A stretch of DNA of 64,000 nt, taken from NCBI GenBank assembly GCA_964016885.1, contig OZ024747.1, positions 43,214,001 to 43,278,000 on the forward strand. The letters run 5' to 3'. Position 1 is the first letter of the stretch; the number at the start of each line of letters is the position of its first letter. The DNA is from Eledone cirrhosa. Its lineage: Eukaryota. The notes beneath the pieces are model-generated. The model ran no database searches, was not told where the DNA came from, and was given only the letters and a program-made list of their open reading frames with translations. The position numbers were made by a program, and so were the translations under genes. This document shows positions 28,601 to 40,119 of this stretch, in pieces.

Positions 28601-29280
28601 TGTAGCACCAAAACGACTGCTTTACAGTGTGGACTTGGCACTTTTTGTTGTAGCACCAAAACGACTGCATTACAGTGTGGGCTGGGCAGTTTTTGTTGTA
28701 GCACCAAAACGACTGCTTTACAGTGTGGGCTGGGCAGTTTTTGTTGTAGCACCAAAACGACTGCTTTACAGTGTGGGCTGGTCACTTTTTGATGTAACAC
28801 CAAAACGACTGCTTTACAGTGTGGACTTTGCAGTTCTTGTTGTAGCACCAAAACGACTGCGTTACAGTGTGGACTTGGCACTTTTTGTTGTAGCACCAAA
28901 ACGACTGCTTTACAGTGTGGGCTGGGAAGTTTTTGTTGTAGCACCAAAACGACTGCTTTACAGTGTGGGCTGGGCAGTTTTTGTTGTAGCACCAAAACGA
29001 CTGCTTTACAGTGTGGGCTGGGCAGTTTTTGTTGTAGCACCAAAACGACTGCTTTACAGTGTGGGCTGGGCTGTTTTTGTTGTAGCACCAAAACGACTGC
29101 TTTACAGTGTGGGCTGGGCAGTTTTTGTTGTAGCACCAAAACGACTGCTTTACAGTGTGGACTTGGCAGTTTTTGTTGTAGCACCAAAACGACTGCTTTA
29201 CAGTGTGGGCTGGGCAGTTTTTGTTGTAGCACCAAAACGACTGCTTTACAGTGTGGACTTGGCAGTTTTTGTTGTAGCAC
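22640..29280 (+). repeat. Nested higher-order repeats (480- and 528-bp units; a ~1.4-kb segment repeated at +5231 bp); boundaries approximate
   Basis: TTACTGTG/GTGCGGG/CAGAGTG variant cluster near 22770-22920 recurs near 28000-28150. ORF pairs: 23119/28350 (5231), 25126/25654 (528), 26805/27285 (480). Confidence 0.8.
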
Positions 29281-29703
29281 AAACATGACTGCTTTACAGT
29301 GTGGACTTGGCACTTTTTGTTGTAGCACCAAAACGACTGCTTTACAGTGTGGGCTGGGCAGTTTTTGTTGTAGCACCAAAACGACTGCTTTACAGTGTGG
29401 GCTGGGCAGTTCTTGTTGTAGCACCAAAACGACTGCGTTACAGTGTGGACTTGGCACTTTTTGTTGTAGCACCAAAACGACTGCTTTACAGTGTGGACTT
29501 GGCACTTTTTGTTGTAGCACCAAAACGACTGCTTTACAGTGTGGGCTGGGAAGTTTTTGTTGTAGCACCAAAACGACTGCTTTACAGTGTGGGCTGGGCA
29601 GTTTTTGTTGTAGCACCAAAACGACTGCTTTACAGTGTGGGCTGGGCAGTTTTTGTTCTAGCACCAAAACGACTGCTTTACAGTGTGGACTTGGCAGTTT
29701 TTG

Positions 29704-32700
29704 TTGGTGCTACAACAAAAACTGCCCAGCCCACACAGTAAAGCAGTCGTTTTGGTGCTACAACAAAAACTGCCAAGTCCACACTGTAAAGCAGTCGTTT
29801 TGGTGCTACAACAAAAAGTGCCAAGTCCACACTGTAAAGCAGTCGTTTTGGTGCTACAACAAAAACTGCCAAGTTCACACTGTAAAGCAGTCATCTTTGT
29901 GCTACAACAAAAACTGCCAAGTCCACACTGTAAAGCAGTCGTTTTGGTGCTACAACAAAAACTGCCAAGTCCACACTGTAAAGCAGTCGTTTTGGTGCTA
30001 CAACAAAAACTGCCCAGCCCACACTGTAAAGCAGTCGTTTTGGTGCTACAACAAAAACAGCCCAGCCCACACTGTAAAGCAGTCGTTTTGGTGCTACAAC
30101 AAAAACTGCCCAGCCCACACTGTAAAGCAGTCGTTTTGGTGCTACAACAAAAACTGCCCAGCCCACACTGTAAAGCAGTCGTTTTGGTGCTACAACAAAA
30201 ACTTCCCAGCCCACACTGTAAAGCAGTCGTTTTGGTGCTACAACAAAAAGTGCCAAGTCCACACTGTAAAGCAGTCGTTTTGGTGCTACAACAAAAAGTG
30301 CCAAGTCCACACTGTAACGCAGTCGTTTTGGTGCTACAACAAGAACTGCCCAGCCCACACTGTAAAGCAGTCGTTTTGGTGCTACAACAAAAACTGCCAA
30401 GTCCACACTGTAAAGCAGTCGTTTTGGTGCTACAACAAAAACTGCCCAGCCCACACTGTAAAGCAGTCGTTTTGGTGCTACAACAAAAACTGCCAAGTCC
30501 ACACTGTAAAGCAGTCGTTTTGGTGCTACAACAAAAACTGCCCAGCCCACACTGTAAAGCAGTCGTTTTGGTGCTACAACAAAAAGTGCCAAGTCCACAC
30601 TGTAAAGCAGTCGTTTTGGTGCTACAACAAAAACTGCCAAGTTCACACTGTAAAGCAGTCATCTTTGTGCTACAACAAAAACTGCCAAGTCCACACTGTA
30701 AAGCAGTCGTTTTGGTGCTAGAACAAAAACTGCCCAGCCCACACTGTAAAGCAGTCGTTTTGGTGCTACAACAAAAAGTGCCAAGTCCACACTGTAAAGC
30801 AGTCGTTTTGGTGCTACAACAAAAACTGCCCAGCCCACACTGTAAAGCAGTCGTTTTGGTGCTACAACAAAAACTGGCAAGTCCACACTGTAAAGCAGTC
30901 GTTTTGGTGCTACAACAAAAACTGCCCAGCCCACACTGTAAAGCAGTCGTTTTGGTGCTACAACAAAAAGTGCCAAGTCCACACTGTAAAGCAGTCGTTT
31001 TGGTGCTACAACAAAAACTGCCCAGCCCACACTGTAAAGCAGTCGTTTTGGTGCTACAACAAAAACTGCCCAGCCCACACTGTAAAGCAGTCGTTTTGGT
31101 GCTACAACAAAAAGTGCCAAATCCACACTGTAAAGCAGTCGTTTTGGTGCTACAACAAAAACAGCCCAGCCCACACTGTAAAGCAGTCGTTTTGGTGCTA
31201 CAACAAAAAGTGCCAAGTCCACACTGTAAAGCAGTCGTTTTGGTGCTACAACAAAAACTGCCCAGCCCACACTGTAAAGCAGTCGTTTTGGTGCTACAAC
31301 AAAAAGTGCCAAGTCCACACTGTAAAGCAGTCGTTTTGGTGCTACAACAAAAACTGCCCAGCCCACACTGTAAAGCAGTCGTTTTGGTGCTACAACAAAA
31401 AGTGCCAAGTCCACACTGTAAAGGACTCGTTTTGGTGCTACAACAAAAACTGCCAAGTCCACACTGTAAAGCAGTCATTTTTGTGCTACAACAAAAACTG
31501 CCAAGTCCACACTGTAAAGCAGTCGTTTTGGTCCTACAACAAAAACTGCCCAGCCCACACTGTAAAGCAGTCGTTTTGGTGCTACAACAAAAACTGCCAA
31601 GTCCACACTGTAAAGCAGTCGTTTTGGTGCTACAACAAAAACTGCCAAGTCCACACTGTAAAGCAGTCGTTTTGGTGCTACAACAAAAACTGCCCAGCCC
31701 ACACTGTAAAGCAGTCGTTTTGGTGCTACAACAAAAACTGCCCAGCCCACACTGTAAAGCAGTCGTTTTGGTGCTACAACAAAAACTGCCAAGTCCACAC
31801 TGTAAAGCAGTCGTTTTGGTGCTACAACAAAAACTGCCCAGCCCACACTGTAAAGCAGTCGTTTTGGTGCTACAACAAAAACTGCCAAGTCCACACTGTA
31901 AAGCAGTCATTTTGGTGCTACAACAAAAACTACCAAGTTCACACTGTAAACAAGTCATTTTTGTGCTACAACAAAAAGTGCCAAGTCCACACTGTAAAGC
32001 AGTCGTTTTGGTGCTTCAACAAAAACTGCCCAGCCCACACTGTAAAGCAGTCGTTTTGGTGCTACAACAAAAACTGCCAAGTCCACACTGTAAAGCAGTC
32101 GTTTTGGTGCTACAACAAAAACTGCCCAGCCCACACTGTAAAGCAGTCGTTTTGGTGCTACAACAAAAAGTGCCAAGTCCACACTGTAAAGCAGTCGTTT
32201 TGGTGCTACAACAAAAACTGCCAAGTTCACACTGTAAAGCAGTCATCTTTGTGCTACAACAAAAACTGCCAAGTCCACACTGTAAAGCAGTCGTTTTGGT
32301 GCTAGAACAAAAACTGCCCAGCCCACACTGTAAAGCAGTCGTTTTGGTGCTACAACAAAAAGTGCCAAGTCCACACTGTAAAGCAGTCGTTTTGGTGCTA
32401 CACCAAAAAGTGCCAAGTCCACACTGTAAAGCAGTCGTTTTGGTGCTACAACAAAAAGTGCCAAGTCCACACTGTAAAGCAGTCGTTTTGGTGCTACAAC
32501 GAGAACTGCAAAGTCCACACTGTAAAGCAATCGTTTTGGTGTTACAACAAAAAGTGCCCAGCCCACACTGTAAAGCAGTCGTTTTGGTGCTACAACAAAA
32601 ACTGCCCAGCCCACACTGTAAAGCAGTCGTTTTGGTGCTACAACAAAAACTGCCCAGCCCACACTGTAAAGCAGTCGTTTTGGTGCTACAACAAAAACTG

Positions 32701-34524
32701 CCCAGCCCACACTGTAAAGCAGTCGTTTTGGTGCTACAACAAAAAGTGCCAAGTCCACACTGTAAAGCAGTCGTTTTGGTGCTACAACAAAAACTGCCAA
32801 GTCCACACTGTAAAGCAGTCATTTTTGTGCTACAACAAAAACTGCCAAGTCCACACTGTAAAGCAGTCGTTTTGGTGCTACAACAAAAACTGCCCAGCCC
32901 ACACGGTAAAGCAGTCGTTTTGGTGCTACAACAAAAACTGCCAAGTCCACACTGTAAAGCAGTCGTTTTGGTGCTACAACAAAAACTGCCAAGTCCACAC
33001 TGTAAAGCAGTCGTTTTGGTGCTACAACAAAAACTGCCCAGCCCACACTGTAAAGCAGTCGTTTTGGTGCTACAACAAAAACAGCCCAGCCCACACTGTA
33101 AAGCAGTCGTTTTGGTGCTACAACAAAAACTGCCCAGCCCACACTGTAAAGCAGTCGTTTTGGTGCTACAACAAAAACTGCCCAGCCCACACTGTAAAGC
33201 AGTCGTTTTGGTGCTACAACAAAAACTTCCCAGCCCACACTGTAAAGCAGTCGTTTTGGTGCTACAACAAAAAGTGCCAAGTCCACACTGTAAAGCAGTC
33301 GTTTTGGTGCTACAACAAAAAGTGCCAAGTCCACACTGTAACGCAGTCGTTTTGGTGCTACAACAAGAACTGCCCAGCCCACACTGTAAAGCAGTCGTTT
33401 TGGTGCTACAACAAAAACTGCCAAGTCCACACTGTAAAGCAGTCGTTTTGGTGCTACAACAAAAACTGCCCAGCCCACACTGTAAAGCAGTCGTTTTGGT
33501 GCTACAACAAAAACTGCCAAGTTCACACTGTAAAGCAGTCATCTTTGTGCTACAACAAAAACTGCCAAGTCCACACTGTAAAGCAGTCGTTTTGGTGCTA
33601 GAACAAAAACTGCCCAGCCCACACTGTAAAGCAGTCGTTTTGGTGCTACAACAAAAAGTGCCAAGTCCACACTGTAAAGCAGTCGTTTTGGTGCTACACC
33701 AAAAAGTGCCAAGTCCACACTGTAAAGCAGTCGTTTTGGTGCTACAACAAAAAGTGCCAAGTCCACACTGTAAAGCAGTCGTTTTGGTGCTACAACGAGA
33801 ACTGCAAAGTCCACACTGTAAAGCAATCGTTTTGGTGTTACAACAAAAAGTGCCCAGCCCACACTGTAAAGCAGTCGTTTTGGTGCTACAACAAAAACTG
33901 CCCAGCCCACACTGTAAAGCAGTCGTTTTGGTGCTACAACAAAAACTGCCCAGCCCACACTGTAAAGCAGTCGTTTTGGTGCTACAACAAAAACTGCCCA
34001 GCCCACACTGTAAAGCAGTCGTTTTGGTGCTACAACAAAAAGTGCCAAGTCCACACTGTAAAGCAGTCGTTTTGGTGCTACAACAAAAACTGCCAAGTCC
34101 ACACTGTAAAGCAGTCATTTTTGTGCTACAACAAAAACTGCCAAGTCCACACTGTAAAGCAGTCGTTTTGGTGCTACAACAAAAACTGCCCAGCCCACAC
34201 GGTAAAGCAGTCATCTTTGTGCTACAACAAAAACTGCCAAGTCCACACTGTAAAGCAGTCGTTTTGGTGCTAGAACAAAAACTGCCCAGCCCACACTGTA
34301 AAGCAGTCGTTTTGGTGCTACAACAAAAACTGCCCAGCCCACACTGTAAAGCAGTCGTTTTGGTGCTACAACAAAAACTTCCCAGCCCACACTGTAAAGC
34401 AGTCGTTTTGGTGCTACAACAAAAAGTGCCAAGTCCACACTGTAAAGCAGTCGTTTTGGTGCTACAACAAAAAGTGCCAAGTCCACACTGTAACGCAGTC
34501 GTTTTGGTGCTACAACAAGAACTG
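29704..34524 (-). repeat. Inverted block of the same 48-bp satellite (about 100 monomers, 4.82 kb)
   Basis: Sequence switches to the reverse complement (TTGGTGCTACAACAAAAACTGCC...) at 29704-29706 and back at 34522-34527. TACAAC at 29711 and 34511 are exactly 4800 bp (100 x 48) apart. Confidence 0.98.
32200..34210 (-). repeat. Duplication at 1296-bp offset (27 monomers) inside the inverted block
   Basis: Identical ORFs 32243..32806 and 33539..34102; markers CTAGAAC, CACCAAAAAG and ACGAGAAC recur at +1296. Confidence 0.85.
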
Positions 34525-34777
34525 GGCAGTTCTTGTTGTAGCACCAAAACGACTGCGTTACAGTGTGGACTTGGCACTTTTTGTTGTAGCACCAAAACGA
34601 CTGCTTTACAGTGTGGACTTGGCACTTTTTGTTGTAGCACCAAAACGACTGCTTTACAGTGTGGGCTGGGAAGTTTTTGTTGTAGCACCAAAACGACTGC
34701 TTTACAGTGTGGGCTGGGCAGTTTTTGTTGTAGCACCAAAACGACTGCTTTACAGTGTGGGCTGGGCAGTTTTTGTT
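34274..34777. repeat. Perfect palindrome: 251-bp arms (34274-34524 and 34527-34777) with a GG spacer
   Basis: ...TACAACAAGAACTG-GG-CAGTTCTTGTTGTA...; rare variants (GTTCTT, GCGTTA, two CACT, GGAAG) mirror in the same order on both arms; first mismatch at 34273/34778. Confidence 0.93.
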
Positions 34778-35054
34778 GTAGCACCAAAACGACTGCTTTA
34801 CAGTGTGGGCTGGGCAGTTTTTGTTGTAGCACCAAAACGACTGCTTTACAGTGTGGACTTGGCAGTTTTTGTTGTAGCACCAAAACGACTGCTTTACAGT
34901 GTGGACTTGGCAGTTTTTGTTGTAGCACCAAAACGACTGCTTTACCGTGTGGGCTGGGCAGTTTTTGTTGTAGCACCAAAACGACTGCTTTACAGTGTGG
35001 ACTTGGCAGTTTTTGTTGTAGCACAAAAATGACTGCTTTACAGTGTGGACTTGG

Positions 35055-38000
35055 CAGTTTTTGTTGTAGCACCAAAACGACTGCTTTACAGTGTGGACTT
35101 GGCACTTTTTGTTGTAGCACCAAAACGACTGCTTTACAGTGTGGGCTGGGCAGTTTTTGTTGTAGCACCAAAACGACTGCTTTACAGTGTGGGCTGGGCA
35201 GTTTTTGTTGTAGCACCAAAACGACTGCTTTACAGTGTGGGCTGGGCAGTTTTTGTTGTAGCACCAAAACGACTGCTTTACAGTGTGGGCTGGGCACTTT
35301 TTGTTGTAACACCAAAACGATTGCTTTACAGTGTGGACTTTGCAGTTCTCGTTGTAGCACCAAAACGACTGCTTTACAGTGTGGACTTGGCACTTTTTGT
35401 TGTAGCACCAAAACGACTGCTTTACAGTGTGGGCTGGGCAGTTTTTGTTGTAGCACCAAAACGACTGCTTTACAGTGTGGACTTGCCAGTTTTTGTTGTA
35501 GCACCAAAACGACTGCTTTACAGTGTGGGCTGGGCAGTTTTTGTTGTAGCACCAAAACGACTGCTTTACAGTGTGGACTTGGCACTTTTTGTTGTAGCAC
35601 CAAAACGACTGCTTTACAGTGTGGGCTGGGCAGTTTTTGTTGTAGCACCAAAACGACTGCTTTACAGTGTGGGCTGGGCAGTTTTTGTTGTAGCACCAAA
35701 ACGACTGCTTTACAGTGTGGACTTGGCAGTTTTTGTTGTAGCACCAAAACGACTGCTTTACAGTGTGGACTTGGCAGTTTTTGTTGTAGCACCAAAACGA
35801 CTGCTTTACCGTGTGGGCTGGGCAGTTTTTGTTGTAGCACCAAAACGACTGCTTTACAGTGTGGACTTGGCAGTTTTTGTTGTAGCACAAAAATGACTGC
35901 TTTACAGTGTGGACTTGGCAGTTTTTGTTGTAGCACCAAAACGACTGCTTTACAGTGTGGACTTGGCACTTTTTGTTGTAGCACCAAAACGACTGCTTTA
36001 CAGTGTGGGCTGGGCAGTTTTTGTTGTAGCACCAAAACGACTGCTTTACAGTGTGGGCTGGGCAGTTTTTGTTGTAGCACCAAAACGACTGCTTTACAGT
36101 GTGGGCTGGGCAGTTTTTGTTGTAGCACCAAAACGACTGCTTTACAGTGTGGGCTGGGCACTTTTTGTTGTAACACCAAAACGATTGCTTTACAGTGTGG
36201 ACTTTGCAGTTCTCGTTGTAGCACCAAAACGACTGCTTTACAGTGTGGACTTGGCACTTTTTGTTGTAGCACCAAAACGACTGCTTTACAGTGTGGACTT
36301 GGCACTTTTTGGTGTAGCACCAAAACGACTGCTTTACAGTGTGGACTTGGCACTTTTTGTTGTAGCACCAAAACGACTGCTTTACAGTGTGGGCTGGGCA
36401 GTTTTTGTTCTAGCACCAAAACGACTGCTTTACAGTGTGGACTTGGCAGTTTTTGTTGTAGCACAAAGATGACTGCTTTACAGTGTGAACTTGGCAGTTT
36501 TTGTTGTAGCACCAAAACGACTGCTTTACAGTGTGGACTTGGCACTTTTTGTTGTAGCACCAAAACGACTGCTTTACAGTGTGGGCTGGGCAGTTTTTGT
36601 TGTAGCACCAAAACGACTGCTTTACAGTGTGGACTTGGCAGTTTTTGTTGTAGCACCAAAACGACTGCTTTACAGTGTGGGCTGGGCAGTTTTTGTTGAA
36701 GCACCAAAACGACTGCTTTACAGTGTGGGCTGGGCAGTTTTTGTTGTAGCACCAAAACGACTGCTTTACAGTGTGGACTTGGCAGTTTTTGTTGTATCAC
36801 AAAAATGACTGCTTTACAGTGTGGACTTGGCAGTTTTATTTGTAGCACCAAAACGACTGCTTTACAGTGTGGACTTGGCACTTTTTGTTGTAGCACCAAA
36901 ACGACTGCTTTACAGTGTGGGCTGGGCAGTTTTTGTTGTAGCACCAAAACGACTGCTTTACAGTGTGTGCTGGGCAGTTTTTGTTGTAGCACCAAAACGA
37001 CTGCTTTACAGTGTGGGCTGGGCAGTTTTTGTTGTAGCACCAAAACGACTGCTTTACAGTGTGGGCTGGGCACTTTTTGTTGTAACACCAAAACGACTGC
37101 TTTACAGTGTGGACTTTGCAGTTCTTGTTGTAGCACCAAAACGACTGCTTTACAGTGTGGACTTGGCACTTTTTGTTGTAGCACCAAAACGACTGCTTTA
37201 CAGTGTGGGCTGGGCAGTTTTTGTTGTAGCACCAAAACGACTGCTTTACAGTGTGGGCTGGGCAGTTTTTATTGTAGCACCAAAACGACTGTTTTACAGT
37301 GTGGATTTGGCACTTTTTGTTGTAGCACCAAAACGACTGCTTTACAGTGTGGGCTGGGCAGTTTTTGTTGTAGCACCAAAACGACTGCTTTACAGTGTGT
37401 GCTGGGCAGTTTTTGTTGTAGCACCAAAACGACTGCTTTACAGTGTGGGCTGGGCAGTTTTTGTTGTAGCACCAAAACGACTGCTTTACAGTGTGGACTT
37501 GGCACTTTTTGTTGTAGCACCAAAACGACTGCTTTACAGTGTGGGCTGGGCAGTTTTTGTTGTAGCACCAAAACGACTGCTTTACAGTGTGGGCTGGGCA
37601 GTTTTTGTTGTAGCACCAAAACGACTGCTTTACAGTGTGGGCTGGGCAGTTTTTGTTGTAGCACCAAAACGACTGCTTTACAGTGTGGGCTGGGCACTTT
37701 TTGTTGTAACACCAAAACGATTGCTTTACAGTGTGGACTTTGCAGTTCTCGTTGTAGCACCAAAACGACTGCTTTACAGTGTGGACTTGGCACTTTTTGT
37801 TGTAGCACCAAAACGACTGCTTTACAGTGTGGGCTGGGCAGTTTTTGTTGTAGCACCAAAACGACTGCTTTACAGTGTGGACTTGCCAGTTTTTGTTGTA
37901 GCACCAAAACGACTGCTTTACAGTGTGGGCTGGGCAGTTTTTGTTGTAGCACCAAAACGACTGCTTTACAGTGTGGACTTGGCACTTTTTGTTGTAGCAC

Positions 38001-39919
38001 CAAAACGACTGCTTTACAGTGTGGGCTGGGCAGTTTTTGTTGTAGCACCAAAACGACTGCTTTACAGTGTGGGCTGGGCAGTTTTTGTTGTAGCACCAAA
38101 ACGACTGCTTTACAGTGTGGACTTGGCAGTTTTTGTTGTAGCACCAAAACGACTGCTTTACAGTGTGGACTTGGCAGTTTTTGTTGTAGCACCAAAACGA
38201 CTGCTTTACCGTGTGGGCTGGGCAGTTTTTGTTGTAGCACCAAAACGACTGCTTTACAGTGTGGACTTGGCAGTTTTTGTTGTAGCACAAAAATGACTGC
38301 TTTACAGTGTGGACTTGGCAGTTTTTGTTGTAGCACCAAAACGACTGCTTTACAGTGTGGACTTGGCACTTTTTGTTGTAGCACCAAAACGACTGCTTTA
38401 CAGTGTGGGCTGGGCAGTTTTTGTTGTAGCACCAAAACGACTGCTTTACAGTGTGGGCTGGGCAGTTTTTGTTGTAGCACCAAAACGACTGCTTTACAGT
38501 GTGGGCTGGGCAGTTTTTGTTGTAGCACCAAAACGACTGCTTTACAGTGTGGGCTGGGCACTTTTTGTTGTAACACCAAAACGATTGCTTTACAGTGTGG
38601 ACTTTGCAGTTCTCGTTGTAGCACCAAAACGACTGCTTTACAGTGTGGACTTGGCACTTTTTGTTGTAGCACCAAAACGACTGCTTTACAGTGTGGACTT
38701 GGCACTTTTTGGTGTAGCACCAAAACGACTGCTTTACAGTGTGGACTTGGCACTTTTTGTTGTAGCACCAAAACGACTGCTTTACAGTGTGGGCTGGGCA
38801 GTTTTTGTTCTAGCACCAAAACGACTGCTTTACAGTGTGGACTTGGCAGTTTTTGTTGTAGCACAAAGATGACTGCTTTACAGTGTGAACTTGGCAGTTT
38901 TTGTTGTAGCACCAAAACGACTGCTTTACAGTGTGGACTTGGCACTTTTTGTTGTAGCACCAAAACGACTGCTTTACAGTGTGGGCTGGGCAGTTTTTGT
39001 TGTAGCACCAAAACGACTGCTTTACAGTGTGGACTTGGCAGTTTTTGTTGTAGCACCAAAACGACTGCTTTACAGTGTGGGCTGGGCAGTTTTTGTTGAA
39101 GCACCAAAACGACTGCTTTACAGTGTGGGCTGGGCAGTTTTTGTTGTAGCACCAAAACGACTGCTTTACAGTGTGGACTTGGCAGTTTTTGTTGTATCAC
39201 AAAAATGACTGCTTTACAGTGTGGACTTGGCAGTTTTATTTGTAGCACCAAAACGACTGCTTTACAGTGTGGACTTGGCACTTTTTGTTGTAGCACCAAA
39301 ACGACTGCTTTACAGTGTGGGCTGGGCAGTTTTTGTTGTAGCACCAAAACGACTGCTTTACAGTGTGTGCTGGGCAGTTTTTGTTGTAGCACCAAAACGA
39401 CTGCTTTACAGTGTGGGCTGGGCAGTTTTTGTTGTAGCACCAAAACGACTGCTTTACAGTGTGGGCTGGGCACTTTTTGTTGTAACACCAAAACGACTGC
39501 TTTACAGTGTGGACTTTGCAGTTCTTGTTGTAGCACCAAAACGACTGCTTTACAGTGTGGACTTGGCACTTTTTGTTGTAGCACCAAAACGACTGCTTTA
39601 CAGTGTGGGCTGGGCAGTTTTTGTTGTAGCACCAAAACGACTGCTTTACAGTGTGGGCTGGGCAGTTTTTATTGTAGCACCAAAACGACTGTTTTACAGT
39701 GTGGATTTGGCACTTTTTGTTGTAGCACCAAAACGACTGCTTTACAGTGTGGGCTGGGCAGTTTTTGTTGTAGCACCAAAACGACTGCTTTACAGTGTGT
39801 GCTGGGCAGTTTTTGTTGTAGCACCAAAACGACTGCTTTACAGTGTGGGCTGGGCAGTTTTTGTTGTAGCACCAAAACGACTGCTTTACAGTGTGGACTT
39901 GGCACTTTTTGTTGTAGCA
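35055..39919 (+). repeat. Higher-order tandem duplication, period 2400 bp (50 monomers)
   Basis: Markers GTTGAAGC, GTATCAC, TTTTATTTG and TTTATTG recur at +2400; ORF pairs 35909/38309 and 36485/38885. Confidence 0.92.
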
Positions 39920-40119
39920 CAAAAATGACTTGTTTACAGTGTGAACTTGGTAGTTTTTGTTGTAGCACCAAAATGACTGCTTTACAGTGTGGACTTGGCA
40001 GTTTTTGTTGTAGCACCAAAACGACTGCTTTACAGTGTGGGCTGGGCAGTTTTTGTTGTAGCACCAAAACGACTGCTTTACAGTGTGGACTTGGCAGTTT
40101 TTGTTGTAGCACCAAAACG

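Larger units (their letters stand above)
1..29706 (+). repeat. 48-bp tandem satellite, forward-oriented left domain (continues beyond the window start)
   Basis: Uninterrupted head-to-tail copies of GCACCAAAACGACTGCTTTACAGTGTGG(ACTT/GCTG)GGCA(G/C)TTTTTGTTGTA with few substitutions and occasional 47-bp monomers; monomer GC is 21-23 of 48. Confidence 0.99.

Noticed and set aside
29683-37235. Chimeric two-domain proteins spanning the inversion (29683..36699 + and 32016..37235 -)
   Set aside because: Consequence of the palindromic junction joining sense and antisense open frames; nothing supports expression.
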